Source: Bacilli bacterium (lineage in GTDB: Bacteria; Bacillota_I; Bacilli_A; RFN20; CAG-826). Taken from it: a stretch of DNA of 64,000 nucleotides. Location: the NCBI GenBank assembly GCA_045615665.1, contig JAZLFJ010000053.1, positions 89,531 to 153,530 on the forward strand. Direction: 5' to 3'. The translations under genes and the position numbers were made by a program. Below the pieces are notes generated by a model. It saw only the letters and a list, made by a program, of their open reading frames with translations. It was not told where the DNA came from and did not search any database. Shown here one piece after another: positions 18,791-27,612 of this stretch (its first letter is position 1; each line of letters begins with the position of its first letter).

Positions 18791-18844
18791 TTGAAAAATT
18801 GCCTCCCATTTTTGAGCAGCTATTTCACCACCGCTTTTCGCCAT

Positions 18845-18870
18845 GAAAAAAGCACCTGGTTAGAGGTGCT
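18845..18870 (-). terminator. yneF-like gene terminator
   Basis: AGCACCT..AGGTGCT stem plus TTTTTT on the minus strand. Confidence 0.75.
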
Positions 18871-18892
18871 AATTTCTTCAACTTTTTGAGTC

Positions 18893-19120
18893 TTATTTGT
18901 TGCTTCTTTTCATCGAGTTCATCACTGCTCTTACTTGAGCTTCAGATGGTTTGCGTCCCATCTGCATGAACATTGCTCGAATCATGTTTTCATTTATTGG
19001 AGGATTCTTTTCTAATTGGCGTTTGAAGAACCATCTAGCTCCAAAGAAGCCGACGACGAGGCCTACAATAAGTAAGCCGATGATCAAACCTACTAATCCA
19101 CCTGTTGGAAGTTCTACCAT
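18893..19120 (-). CDS. UPF0154 (YneF-like) small membrane protein
   Basis: 75 aa with an N-terminal TM helix, then the NPPINENMIRAMFMQMGRKPSE signature. Confidence 0.75.
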   Translation of the reverse strand: MVELPTGGLVGLIIGLLIVGLVVGFFGARWFFKRQLEKNPPINENMIRAMFMQMGRKPSEAQVRAVMNSMKRSNK

Positions 19121-19136
19121 TTTCGATTCCTCCTAA

Positions 19137-19691
19137 TTATGCGCGTCCGTCGTAGTCGCCTGTATCAGTGCGAACGAGGATTGTTTCACCATTATCAATA
19201 AATAATGGGACTTTAAGTTTGAAGCCTGTTTCAACGGTTGCAAACTTCATTGCCTTGTTGACTGTGTCTCCTCTAACAGCAGGTTCACAATCGACAATTT
19301 TAAGGGCAACGCTGGAAGGTAAAGTAATACCTAAGATTTCATCTTCATAGAAGAGAATATCAATTTCAGCATTGGATGTTAGGAAATTCATTTCCCATTC
19401 GAGTTTTGATTTAGAAATTTCGATTTGATCATAGGTATTGTTATCCATGAACACTAAGAAATCACCTGAATCATAGAGATAAACCATTTTCTTTTTGCTT
19501 AAAACGGCTTTTTCAACATCGTAACCGGAGTTACGTGCTAATTCGATAATTGCGCCAGTACGCATATTTTTTGCTTTGACTTTAGCAACCATTTTTCTCA
19601 TGGCTGTTTTGTTGAGCAAAATGTCCATAACTTGATAAAGATTTCCTTCATCAAGGAAATAGTTACCTGGTCTTAATTCTGTAACATTCAT
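19137..19691 (-). CDS. efp: Elongation factor P
   Basis: 184 aa that aligns end-to-end by eye with B. subtilis EF-P (..RTGAI.., ..ATVETG..VPLFI..). Confidence 0.9.
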   Translation of the reverse strand: MNVTELRPGNYFLDEGNLYQVMDILLNKTAMRKMVAKVKAKNMRTGAIIELARNSGYDVEKAVLSKKKMVYLYDSGDFLVFMDNNTYDQIEISKSKLEWEMNFLTSNAEIDILFYEDEILGITLPSSVALKIVDCEPAVRGDTVNKAMKFATVETGFKLKVPLFIDNGETILVRTDTGDYDGRA

Positions 19692-19728
19692 TGTTTTTCC
19701 TCCAAAAACATAACTATTATATCTAAAA

Positions 19729-20370
19729 TTAGATATTTCGCAAATAGGGGTTATATTTAGCTTCCCTTTCTAAGGTCGTTGATATAGCGTGACCTGGATA
19801 GACTTTTGTCTCCATAGGAAGCTTCAATAACTTCTTTAAACTTGATTCGATTGTTCTAGGTGAGCCAGTTGGAAGATCAATTCTACCAATCGCTGAATAG
19901 AATAATGTATCACCTGAGAATAACATATTCTCACTTTCGATATAGAAACAAGCGCTGCCCTGAGTGTGGAACGGTGTCTTAATCATTTTAATTTTATAGC
20001 CTTCCACCACAAATTCTTCATTATCACTAAGCGCAACAAGTTTTGATGGGACAAATTCTAAGACATCGGTAAAACCATCGTCTCTAAATCTTGAAAGATT
20101 TAATTTTGAATTTCCTAATAGTTCAACTTCGTCTTCGTTGATAAATGTTGTCGCATTTGGGAATAGATTCAAAACATCTTTAAGCGCACCAATGTGATCA
20201 TAATGAGCATGTGTAATGAGAATAGCGACTATTTCAACATCAAGTTTTTTAATGTGCTCAATTAATCTATTTTCATTGTTTAAGCCTGGATCAACAAGTA
20301 TTCCTTTTTTTGAATCGTTAAAAAGAATATAGGTGTTGCAAGCTTTACGATTTGGATAGATATCAAGCAT
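19729..20370 (-). CDS. MBL-fold metallo-hydrolase
   Basis: ITHAHYDHIG (HxHxDH) motif. 213 aa. Confidence 0.8.
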   Translation of the reverse strand: MLDIYPNRKACNTYILFNDSKKGILVDPGLNNENRLIEHIKKLDVEIVAILITHAHYDHIGALKDVLNLFPNATTFINEDEVELLGNSKLNLSRFRDDGFTDVLEFVPSKLVALSDNEEFVVEGYKIKMIKTPFHTQGSACFYIESENMLFSGDTLFYSAIGRIDLPTGSPRTIESSLKKLLKLPMETKVYPGHAISTTLEREAKYNPYLRNI

Positions 20371-20377
20371 CTATTAC

Positions 20378-20399
20378 AAAAAAATAAGGATGAATCCTT
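20378..20399 (-). terminator. rpmG terminator
   Basis: AAGGAT-tc-ATCCTT stem overlapping the stop codon, then a T7 run. Confidence 0.6.
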
Positions 20400-20550
20400 A
20401 CTTTTTCTCCTTGTGCACTGTGTGCTTTTTGCATCTTGAGCAGTATTTCTTAGTTTCCATTCTGTCAGGATGTTCTTTTTTATTCTTGTTTGTGATGTAA
20501 TTTTCTTCACCACAGACAGTGCATTTTAGGGTTATATTATCTCTTGGCAT
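20398..20550 (-). CDS. rpmG: 50S ribosomal protein L33
   Basis: Not in the ORF track (50 aa). Hand translation gives [59 protein letters not shown]. Confidence 0.85.
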   Translation of the reverse strand: MPRDNITLKCTVCGEENYITNKNKKEHPDRMETKKYCSRCKKHTVHKEKK

Positions 20551-20624
20551 AAGTATCTCCTTAGATTTTGCAAGTAGAATAATACCATAGTGTAAAAAAT
20601 ATATCTACAAGATATTTTCGGTTT

Positions 20625-20633
20625 TGCTATAAT
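20625..20633 (+). promoter_or_regulatory. Extended -10 promoter of ispG positioned for a leaderless mRNA
   Basis: TGcTATAAT ends at 20633, with 6 nt to ATG 20640. No SD. Confidence 0.55.
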
Positions 20634-20639
20634 CAAAAT

Positions 20640-21701
20640 ATGCAATTACTTCCTAGAGAAAAAACTCGCAAAATCAAAATAGGCAACATTTCTATCGGTG
20701 GAGAAAACAAGGTTTTAATCCAATCGATGTGCAATATTAAAACCTCAAATACGAAAGAGGTTATCAGGCAAATAAACGAATGCGCTCTTCTTGGTGCTGA
20801 TTTAATGCGCGTGTCTGTTTTAGACATGGAAGACGCTAAAGCAATCAAAGATATCGTCAAAGCTATTTCAATTCCTTTAATTGCAGATATTCATTTTGAC
20901 TATCGCCTAGCGATAGAATCGATCAATTCTGGAGTGAATGCTATTAGAATCAATCCAGGCAATATCGGCTCAATTGAAAATGTGAAAAAAGTCGTTTCTC
21001 TTTGCAAAGAAAAGCATATTCCTATTCGCGTCGGAGTCAATTCAGGATCCATCGATAAAGAAGTTAATAATGATACAGAAAAAGTTCCTGCTAAGGATTT
21101 GATTGAATCGGTCAAACGTACAATTAAGATTTTAGAAGATTTAAATTTCTACGATATCGTTATTTCCCTTAAGGGAAGTCATGTTTTAGATACGATTGAA
21201 GCATATAAACTAGCGAGCCAAGAATTTTCTTATCCCCTTCACGTTGGAATCACTGAAGCTGGACCAAAAGATGTTGGTCTAGTTCGATCAGTTGCAGGCT
21301 TATCGCCAATATTAACTGCTGGAATAGGCGATACAATAAGAATTTCTTTATCAGATGAACCTCAAGAGGAGGTTAGAGCGTGCCGTAGATTATTGAAAGA
21401 TTTAGAAATTCGTAACGATTATCCTAATCTCATCTCCTGCCCAACATGCGGTCGCACTCAAGTTAATCTTGTCCCGTTAGCAAAGAAAATTGCTTCTTTC
21501 CTAGAAGCAAATCATATCAATAAAACCGTCGCTGTCATGGGTTGTATTGTCAATGGACCAGGCGAAGCTAAGCGCGCTGATATTGGCTGTGCAGGTGGAA
21601 AAGGTCAGTGGGTGATCTTCAAAAAAGAAGAAATCATCAAAACTGTTAAAGATAATGAAATCTACGAAGAATTCACCAAAGAAATACTCAAATTAAAATA
21701 A
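20640..21701 (+). CDS. ispG: HMBPP synthase (flavodoxin-type IspG)
   Basis: 353 aa with the 4Fe-4S cysteines ISCPTCGRT and GCIVNGPGE. Confidence 0.95.
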   Translation: MQLLPREKTRKIKIGNISIGGENKVLIQSMCNIKTSNTKEVIRQINECALLGADLMRVSVLDMEDAKAIKDIVKAISIPLIADIHFDYRLAIESINSGVNAIRINPGNIGSIENVKKVVSLCKEKHIPIRVGVNSGSIDKEVNNDTEKVPAKDLIESVKRTIKILEDLNFYDIVISLKGSHVLDTIEAYKLASQEFSYPLHVGITEAGPKDVGLVRSVAGLSPILTAGIGDTIRISLSDEPQEEVRACRRLLKDLEIRNDYPNLISCPTCGRTQVNLVPLAKKIASFLEANHINKTVAVMGCIVNGPGEAKRADIGCAGGKGQWVIFKKEEIIKTVKDNEIYEEFTKEILKLK

Positions 21702-21724
21702 AGACGACCTTAAGGTCGTTTTCT
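21701..21724. terminator. Bidirectional terminator between ispG and nfo
   Basis: GACGACC-TTAA-GGTCGTT hairpin with T-rich flanks on both strands. Confidence 0.75.
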
Positions 21725-22600
21725 TTATCTCCAATCTTCAAATGATTGTTTTCTAAACATCTCAATTTCCTTTTTGTAAGGAGGATTTCCTTCATAATAA
21801 GGTGTTTCAAGAATCATTGGGATTCCCTTTAACAAAGGATGATGGACGACTTTGTTAAGAATATCGAAACCTAAAAAACCATAGCCGATATTTTCATGGC
21901 GGTCCTTATGAGCACCCGTTGGATTTTTCGTATCGTTAACGTGCACAACGAGTAATTTATTTAAGCCGATCGTCTTGTCGAAGTCTTTTAAAACGGTGTT
22001 AAAATCTCCAACATCTAAACCATTGTCATTAATATGACAAGTATCGAGGCAGACACCAACTCTTTCTGGCTTTTCCAAGTGAGAAATAATATGAGCAAGT
22101 TGTTCAAAGGAAGTGCCCATTTCGCTACCTTTGCCAGCCATAGTTTCTAATGCAATCTTCACATCCGTTCCATCATTAGAGAGAACTTCGTTGAGAGCTT
22201 CGATAATTGATTCTAGACCATTTTCTTCACCTGTAGAGACATGACTACCTGGGTGCAAAACAAGGATTTTTGGACCAAAAGCATAGGTTCTTTTAAGCTC
22301 GCTTAAAAGGTGCTTTTTACCTAATTCATAAGTGTCAACATTTAATTTGTTAGCAATGTTAATAATATATGGAGCATGAACCACTATTTTTGATTCATCA
22401 AGACCATTACTTTTAATTAGAGCTCTTCCTTCTTCAATTCTTAATCTTTCCAAAGGAAGTCTAATTGTATTTTGCGGCGCTCCAGTATAAAACATGAACG
22501 TGTTTGCTTCATAAGAAAGGGCTTCTTTAACTGAACCTAAATAGTATTCTGGTCCACTCATTGAAACATGACAGCCAATATAAAGTTCTTCGTTAGCCAT
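21725..22600 (-). CDS. nfo: Endonuclease IV
   Basis: 291-aa TIM-barrel AP endonuclease. Adjacent to the DEAD-box helicase, as yqfS-yqfR are in Bacillus. Confidence 0.9.
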   Translation of the reverse strand: MANEELYIGCHVSMSGPEYYLGSVKEALSYEANTFMFYTGAPQNTIRLPLERLRIEEGRALIKSNGLDESKIVVHAPYIINIANKLNVDTYELGKKHLLSELKRTYAFGPKILVLHPGSHVSTGEENGLESIIEALNEVLSNDGTDVKIALETMAGKGSEMGTSFEQLAHIISHLEKPERVGVCLDTCHINDNGLDVGDFNTVLKDFDKTIGLNKLLVVHVNDTKNPTGAHKDRHENIGYGFLGFDILNKVVHHPLLKGIPMILETPYYEGNPPYKKEIEMFRKQSFEDWR

Positions 22601-23951
22601 TATTTCTACCTTCTTTCTTATATCGCTCGACTCTTTGGCGGCGAATATCTTTTTTAATTATTTCACGACGATGTTTTTGTTTTGCTTTGGCAATTTCGTC
22701 TTTTAGTTTCTTTTTATAGCCAGGTTTGATCTTTTTATTTTTGCCTTTTGCCTTCGCATTTATTTTGCGAATCTCTTTTTGGAGTTCGTCATCCATTTTG
22801 CGTTTATTAGGATGAGTCTTTTCGATTGGATGACCTTCAATTAGATCACCGGCTCTTAAAGATTTATAAATAAATTTGACTCCACTTTGGACTAGCTGCA
22901 AAGGTTTATTGGTTGCATCCTTATTATACAAAGTATAGCAATTGCCACGTTTATCAAATCTTCCTGTACGACCTGCACGATGGAAATAAAATTCGAGGTT
23001 GTTTGGTAAGTCCAAATTTATAACATCGGTTACATCATTAATATCTAAACCTCTTGCTGCCATATCTGAACAAACAAGGATATAGATGTCGTCATTACGA
23101 ATTTGCTTCATGACATTTTTACGTTCTCTCGCGTTTAAATCACCTGTAAGTAATCCGACTTTGTATTTACGAGTTTTAAGATAACTATAAGCTTCATTAG
23201 CGGTCTCTTTTTTAGATGCAAAAACAAACAATAAATAGGGATTTATACATTTAATAATTTGCTCTAGAGCAATTAGTTTGTCTTCGTGGCGAATATCAAC
23301 AAGGTAGTGAGTAACATTGCTTGAAGTCATTATTTCTTCATTCACGATTGGGATATTTGGTCCGACATATTTTTCTAATTCGTGGGCTAAATTTGCTTCA
23401 AGTGTCGCTGAGAAAACAAGGTATTGTGGATCTTTGACTAAAAAAGCGAATTTATCGATTTCGGCAAAATAACCTTCCTTCAAAAGCATGTCCGCTTCAT
23501 CAAAGACAATAGTCTTAACGTTTTTGAGTGATAAGGTTCCATCTTTTAAAACGTCTGCTAATCGACCTGGAGTTCCAATGATTATATGCGGAGCAATAGA
23601 CAAGCCTTTTAGAGTTTCTTCTTTTTCTTGTCCCGATTTAAATAAGCGGATTTTTAAAGACGGGAATTCTTTAGTAAAAGGAAGGACAAAATCAAAAATC
23701 TGTTGAGCGAGTTCTCTAGTTGGTGCGACGATGATTGATTGCACATTTTGATTTTTTAAATCAACATTTTCAATAATTGGCACTAAAAAGCACAGGGTTT
23801 TGCCTGTCCCTGTCGCAGATTGAACCATCAAGGTTTCGCCTTTTAAAGCTTTCGGAATTGTTCTAAGTTGGATTTCAGACGGATTTAAAAAACCTTGTCT
23901 AGAAAGAGAAGTCAACATTTTTTCTGAAAGACTAATTCCGCGAAATGACAT
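22593..23951 (-). CDS. cshB: DEAD-box RNA helicase (CshB/YqfR-like)
   Basis: [18 protein letters not shown] and HRAGRTGR motifs, with a basic C-terminal tail. Confidence 0.8.
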   Translation of the reverse strand: MSFRGISLSEKMLTSLSRQGFLNPSEIQLRTIPKALKGETLMVQSATGTGKTLCFLVPIIENVDLKNQNVQSIIVAPTRELAQQIFDFVLPFTKEFPSLKIRLFKSGQEKEETLKGLSIAPHIIIGTPGRLADVLKDGTLSLKNVKTIVFDEADMLLKEGYFAEIDKFAFLVKDPQYLVFSATLEANLAHELEKYVGPNIPIVNEEIMTSSNVTHYLVDIRHEDKLIALEQIIKCINPYLLFVFASKKETANEAYSYLKTRKYKVGLLTGDLNARERKNVMKQIRNDDIYILVCSDMAARGLDINDVTDVINLDLPNNLEFYFHRAGRTGRFDKRGNCYTLYNKDATNKPLQLVQSGVKFIYKSLRAGDLIEGHPIEKTHPNKRKMDDELQKEIRKINAKAKGKNKKIKPGYKKKLKDEIAKAKQKHRREIIKKDIRRQRVERYKKEGRNNG

Positions 23952-24007
23952 AATTTTTACCGCGTTAATTATACACGAAAAATCTTCATCATGATATTAT
24001 TGATATC

Positions 24008-24880
24008 GTGAAAGTTATTCTTGTTGAACCTTATGGATATTGTGCTGGAGTTGCGAACGCAATCTCTTTAGCCTACAAAACAAAAGAAGCTAATCCTGAT
24101 CGTAAAATAGTTATTCTCGGCATGCTAATCCATAATGATGACACGCTGGAAGAACTCGAAAAAGCCGGAATAGAAACAATTTACCAAAAAGATAAGGATT
24201 TACTGGATTTAATCGATCTCATCAAAGATGATTCCATCGTTATTCTCACTGCTCATGGTCATAAAGAAGAGGTTGAGAATAGATTAAAAGAACGACATCT
24301 AAAATTCGTTGACACCACTTGTCCATTTGTAAAGACAACTTTTAATGAAATCGTTAAAGAAACAAGAAACGGTCACGATGTCATTTATATTGGAAAAGAA
24401 AACCATCCTGAAGCAAATGCGGCTTTATCACTTTCAAAAAGAGTTCATCTTTTAGATGTTTCTAGTCCAGTTGTTCCTAGTATAGAAGACGACTCGCCAC
24501 TAATTATTAACCAAACGACCTTCTCACATTATGAAGTTGAACAATTAATCGACTTAGTGAAATCTAAATATAAGAATGCTAGAGTTCTTAAAAGCGTCTG
24601 TTATGCCTCAACAAAAAGGCAGGAAGCTTTGCTTAATCTTCCAAAGGATGTTGATTTAATTTATGTCGTCGGTGGAAAGAAATCTAACAACGCTAAAACA
24701 TTATTTAATCTAGCTAGCAAAAATTACCCTAGCGCCAAAGTTATTGCAATTCAAAACACTAATGACATTAAAGAAAAAGACCTTGAAGGTCTTAATCTTG
24801 TTGGAATCTCTTCAGGAGCTTCAACTCCCAAAGCGATTAGCGAATCTATTAAATCAAAGATTGAAAAATTATTTAATTAA
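24008..24880 (+). CDS. ispH: HMBPP reductase IspH
   Basis: GTG start. N-terminus VKVILVEPYGYCAGVANAI is typical of LytB/IspH. Confidence 0.9.
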   Translation: MKVILVEPYGYCAGVANAISLAYKTKEANPDRKIVILGMLIHNDDTLEELEKAGIETIYQKDKDLLDLIDLIKDDSIVILTAHGHKEEVENRLKERHLKFVDTTCPFVKTTFNEIVKETRNGHDVIYIGKENHPEANAALSLSKRVHLLDVSSPVVPSIEDDSPLIINQTTFSHYEVEQLIDLVKSKYKNARVLKSVCYASTKRQEALLNLPKDVDLIYVVGGKKSNNAKTLFNLASKNYPSAKVIAIQNTNDIKEKDLEGLNLVGISSGASTPKAISESIKSKIEKLFN

Positions 24881-25642
24881 TTCAGGAAGTTCTTCGTGAT
24901 CAATTATTTCAACATTTAGTGTTGGATCGATTGAAAGTAGAACTTTTTTCATATGTGGCATAAATATTCTTTCGACTTCGTGAGAAACGTCCAAATAATT
25001 ATAATGATTTGCGATTACATCTCTTCTAACATGATGTGGAGCGTCTCCCGATATGTAAATATCGTATCCCTCTAGCATCGCGTTTTTGAATTCACGAGAT
25101 CCACCACCACCGATGATTGCCACGCTTTTAACTGAGTCTTTTCCAGCATGAACAAGATGCGAATATTCTAATTTCAAACATCTGTTTGCGTATTTAGCAA
25201 ATTCATGGATTTCCATTGATTTTTCTAATTCACCACCACGAGCCATTCTCGCCGTTTCAAGTGGTCGAATATTTTTTAAACCTAACGCTTGCGTTAAAGC
25301 ATCGTTCATTCCGTTTTTTCCGGCATCAAAATTGGTGTGCATGCTATAAACAGGAATGCCGAGTTTTTCAATTCTTTCGACGAGATCCTTCTTGACTGGA
25401 TCATGATTTAAGACGCGACCTCTTGGGCCGTAAATAAATGGGTGATGGGTCAAAATTAAATCTGGTTTCCTTGTTAAAGAAGGTAAAAGATTATAAACTG
25501 TATCGTCGAAATCAAGGCATAGCAAAATGTTATTAATTTCTTCTGGTAGTTTTCCAGACATTAATCCGACTCGATCTCCCCTACTTTTAATTGATTTTGG
25601 ATAATAGAGTGATAATTTTCTTAATAATTTCATCGTGTTCAT
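24869..25642 (-). CDS. Nif3-family metal-binding protein (YqfO-like)
   Basis: 257 aa. Downstream of trmK, as yqfN-yqfO are in Bacillus. Confidence 0.85.
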   Translation of the reverse strand: MNTMKLLRKLSLYYPKSIKSRGDRVGLMSGKLPEEINNILLCLDFDDTVYNLLPSLTRKPDLILTHHPFIYGPRGRVLNHDPVKKDLVERIEKLGIPVYSMHTNFDAGKNGMNDALTQALGLKNIRPLETARMARGGELEKSMEIHEFAKYANRCLKLEYSHLVHAGKDSVKSVAIIGGGGSREFKNAMLEGYDIYISGDAPHHVRRDVIANHYNYLDVSHEVERIFMPHMKKVLLSIDPTLNVEIIDHEELPELIK

Positions 25643-26289
25643 AGTTTCTCTAACCTCCCGATTTGTTCTTCTCTTTGCTTAATACCTGCTAAGGTAGATT
25701 TTGAAGAAGAACGATATTTGATAAGATTGCTAACTAATTTATTTAGTTCCTCTTTGCGAAAATCTTCGAAGAGAGGGTCCTCTTTTATTTTATAACCCCA
25801 CTCATATTCACTCAATGAATAATCACGATGTCCTTTTATGAAAGATATTACAAAGTAATATGTTCCTTTTTCATAGACGATTTTTTCTTGTTCAATGTAA
25901 AAACCGAGTTTACAAATGTTTTCTCTTACTAGTTCAATATCACGGTGAGCGTCAACGACAATTTGTTTGATATTTGTAAGCTTTGCTTTATTTGAATTTA
26001 GTATATTATTAATGAGAATTCCACCCATTCCCGCTAGAACGATCGTGTCAACTGTTTCATCGATTTTTGAAATACCATCGCTCAAGGATAGTTTTACATC
26101 GTAATCTTTTAGATTATTTTTAAGAATAGAAAAAGGACCACTCTTATTTTCGATTGCTAAAATGGAATTAATTTTTCCTTCGTTAATGAGGTAGATTTCA
26201 AGCAGACCATGATCTGCTCCAACATCCGCAACATTAGCGTTCTCTTTTATAAAAGAGGCAACAGCTTTTAAGCGGTCCGATATTTTCAT
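25639..26289 (-). CDS. trmK: tRNA (adenine22-N1)-methyltransferase TrmK
   Basis: DVGADHG SAM-binding motif. Position after sigA. Confidence 0.8.
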   Translation of the reverse strand: MKISDRLKAVASFIKENANVADVGADHGLLEIYLINEGKINSILAIENKSGPFSILKNNLKDYDVKLSLSDGISKIDETVDTIVLAGMGGILINNILNSNKAKLTNIKQIVVDAHRDIELVRENICKLGFYIEQEKIVYEKGTYYFVISFIKGHRDYSLSEYEWGYKIKEDPLFEDFRKEELNKLVSNLIKYRSSSKSTLAGIKQREEQIGRLEKL

Positions 26290-26290
26290 A

Positions 26291-27586
26291 TTAGTTTTTG
26301 TATGAATGATAGTCGCCTAAACGTTTGGCACGATTTGGGTGACGTAGTTTTTTAATTGCTTTCGCTTCAATCTGACGAATACGTTCACGAGTGACACCAA
26401 ATTCTTTTCCGACTTCTTCAAGGGTCCTTGGATGATTATCCAATAGTCCATAACGGAGTTCGAGAACGCGAGCTTCACGGTCGGTGAGTTCGCGGAGAAC
26501 ATCGTAAAGTTCATCTTTAAGGAGCGATTTGGTCGTATATTCGCTTGGAGAAACAACTTCCTTATCTTCGATAAAATCACCTAAATGTGAATCATCTTCT
26601 TCACCGATTGGAGTCTCGAGAGAAACTGGCTCTTGATTAATACATTGAATTTCCATAATTCTTTCAGGGGATAATGCACCACAGAGTTTTTCAGAAATTT
26701 CTTCGGTTGTTGGTTCACGACCTAGTTCTTGAACTAGCGCACGTTGAGCTTTGGTGATCTTATTAATTGTCTCGACCATGTGAACAGGAATACGGATGGT
26801 GCGAGCTTGGTCAGCGATGGCACGAGTGATAGCTTGACGAATCCACCAAGTGGCATAAGTTGAAAACTTAAATCCTTTAGTGTAATCGAATTTTTCCACC
26901 GCTTTGATAAGGCCCATATTGCCTTCTTGTATCAAATCTAAAAATGGCATGCCACGTCCAGCATATCGCTTTGCGATAGAAATAACTAAACGAAGGTTAG
27001 CATTGATAAGCTCTTGCTTAGCGTCTTCATCGCCAGTGGCAATACGTTTAGCGATTTCGATTTCTTCTTGAGCATTTAATAAGCGAACTTTACCGATTTC
27101 TTTAAGATATATCTTAACGGAGTCATTTACTTTGACATCGCCAACGATAAGATTAGAGATATCACTCAATTCTTTTTCATCAGGTACATCTTCATCTGAC
27201 ATATCTACAGCGATATCGTCGTCATCGCTAAAATCGATTTCATCCATTCCTTCTTCATCGCTATCGGAGATGACTTTGATTTTCTTTTTTACAAAGTAAT
27301 TGATTAAATCTTCGACATCTTCATCTGACATATCGAATTTCTGAATAGCTTCATTGATTTCGGCTTGTTCGATTTCACCACCATCATTTTGGGCTTTCTT
27401 TAAAAGACGCTTCTTTACCGATTCTAAAGTTTCGATTTCTTCGTCTTCATCGCTCTCGACTAATTCTTTAGTTTTTCGAGCTTTGGTTGGCTTCTTCTCT
27501 TTCGGAGCGGTTGCCTTAACCTTACTTTCTGCCTTTTTGGCCTTTTTTGGGGCCTCTATGGCTTCTTTCGCTTTCCTTGCTGCCAT
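26291..27586 (-). CDS. sigA: Primary sigma factor (RpoD/SigA)
   Basis: Region 2 ([19 protein letters not shown]) and region 4.2 ([20 protein letters not shown]), with an acidic/basic N-terminal extension. Confidence 0.95.
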   Translation of the reverse strand: MAARKAKEAIEAPKKAKKAESKVKATAPKEKKPTKARKTKELVESDEDEEIETLESVKKRLLKKAQNDGGEIEQAEINEAIQKFDMSDEDVEDLINYFVKKKIKVISDSDEEGMDEIDFSDDDDIAVDMSDEDVPDEKELSDISNLIVGDVKVNDSVKIYLKEIGKVRLLNAQEEIEIAKRIATGDEDAKQELINANLRLVISIAKRYAGRGMPFLDLIQEGNMGLIKAVEKFDYTKGFKFSTYATWWIRQAITRAIADQARTIRIPVHMVETINKITKAQRALVQELGREPTTEEISEKLCGALSPERIMEIQCINQEPVSLETPIGEEDDSHLGDFIEDKEVVSPSEYTTKSLLKDELYDVLRELTDREARVLELRYGLLDNHPRTLEEVGKEFGVTRERIRQIEAKAIKKLRHPNRAKRLGDYHSYKN

Positions 27587-27612
27587 TTACTTGTCCTTCT
27601 TTCTAAAGCACC

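Noticed and set aside
18701-18844. 47-codon minus-strand ORF (MAKSGGEIAAQKWEAIF...) in the plsY-yneF spacer.
   Set aside because: It has no RBS. The ATG follows directly on a terminator T-tract, and the ORF runs through the plsY terminator hairpin. It shows no protein-like pattern.
20280-20513. 77-aa minus-strand ORF from the track.
   Set aside because: It is out of frame with the clear L33 gene (20398-20550) and overlaps the MBL hydrolase start. The translation has no recognisable features.
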